Made by a program: the position numbers and the translations under genes. From the NCBI GenBank assembly GCA_964583985.1, contig CAZOYD010000074.1, positions 1 to 15,717 of the forward strand: a stretch of DNA of 15,717 bases, given 5' to 3'. Below are positions 15,303-15,717 of the stretch, in pieces (the stretch's first letter is position 1; each line of letters starts with the position of its first letter). Source of the stretch: an uncultured archaeon. GTDB lineage: Archaea > Asgardarchaeota > Lokiarchaeia > Sigyniarchaeales > SOKP01. Below the pieces are notes generated by a model that did not search any database, had not been told where the DNA came from, and saw only the letters and a program-made list of their open reading frames with translations.

Positions 15303-15717
15303 ATGTCGGGACTAGATCTTGGGGTAGTTGGAAAGAAGTTTCCAGAAAAAACATTTAAATATTCAAATAAGGATGTTATACTTTATGCCTTAGGAATAGG
15401 TGCTCAAATTGATGAACTTTCATTTATTTATGAAGGAGTAAAAGGAGGATTAAAAGTATTTCCTAGTTTTGCTACAATTGCTCGAGGAATCGCTTTTCCT
15501 AATCTTGGAAATATTATATTCCCCAAGTTTATCCATGGAGAAGAAACAGTAAAATTATATAAACCTTTTAAACCTCAAGGAGAAATTATTTGCTTTAGTG
15601 AGGTAATTAACATTTATGATAAAGGAAAAGGTGCTACAATTCATGTGTTGTTTACAGGTTTGACCAGTGATAGACAACCATTATTTGAAGTGAAGTCAGT
15701 TTTTTTTTATTTAGGAG
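15303..15717 (+). CDS. MaoC / (R)-specific enoyl-CoA hydratase 2 (MFE-2 hydratase-like), N-terminal part; runs off the window edge
   Basis: Hand translation MSGLDLGVVGKKFPEKTFKYSNKDVILYALGIGA...FIYEG...KVFPSFAT...IHGEE...IYDKGKGA. GGTGA SD at 15292-15296. Not in the supplied ORF track. Confidence 0.88.
   Translation, partial: MSGLDLGVVGKKFPEKTFKYSNKDVILYALGIGAQIDELSFIYEGVKGGLKVFPSFATIARGIAFPNLGNIIFPKFIHGEETVKLYKPFKPQGEIICFSEVINIYDKGKGATIHVLFTGLTSDRQPLFEVKSVFFYLG

Noticed and set aside
1-15717. CRISPR array, tRNA/rRNA, transposase/integrase, cobalamin or lysine riboswitch
   Set aside because: No periodic repeats, structured GC-rich non-coding segments or recombinase motifs seen. The leaders of the kam and kdd genes are too short and AT-rich for these riboswitches.

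Overview
AT-rich archaeal-type window. TATA boxes lie ~24-27 nt upstream of several ATGs, GGTGA-type Shine-Dalgarno sites occur, and there is a DGGGP-synthase-like gene. This style fits Asgard/Lokiarchaeia, but the taxonomy is inference. The backbone is a minus-strand lysine-fermentation gene set in the bacterial order kdd - kamA - kamB - kamD - kamE, with kamC, kce and kal absent from the window. Two inserted blocks split it. Between kdd and kamA lies a divergent MarR + cytoplasmic reductive-dehalogenase-like 2x[4Fe-4S] gene pair. Between kamA and kamB lie a small ORF, a winged-HTH gene, a convergent MthZI/MjaI-like type II restriction-modification pair, a degenerate UbiA/DGGGPS-like membrane protein and a sequon-rich secreted protein. 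The flanks hold a partial FGGY kinase, an atypical SDR and a partial MaoC/hydratase-2 gene. Most notable: both RM proteins end in PCNA-interacting (PIP-box)-like tails, the RM promoter region carries an operator array next to a non-XRE regulator, and an RDase-like B12 protein sits inside a B12-dependent lysine pathway that lacks kamC here.
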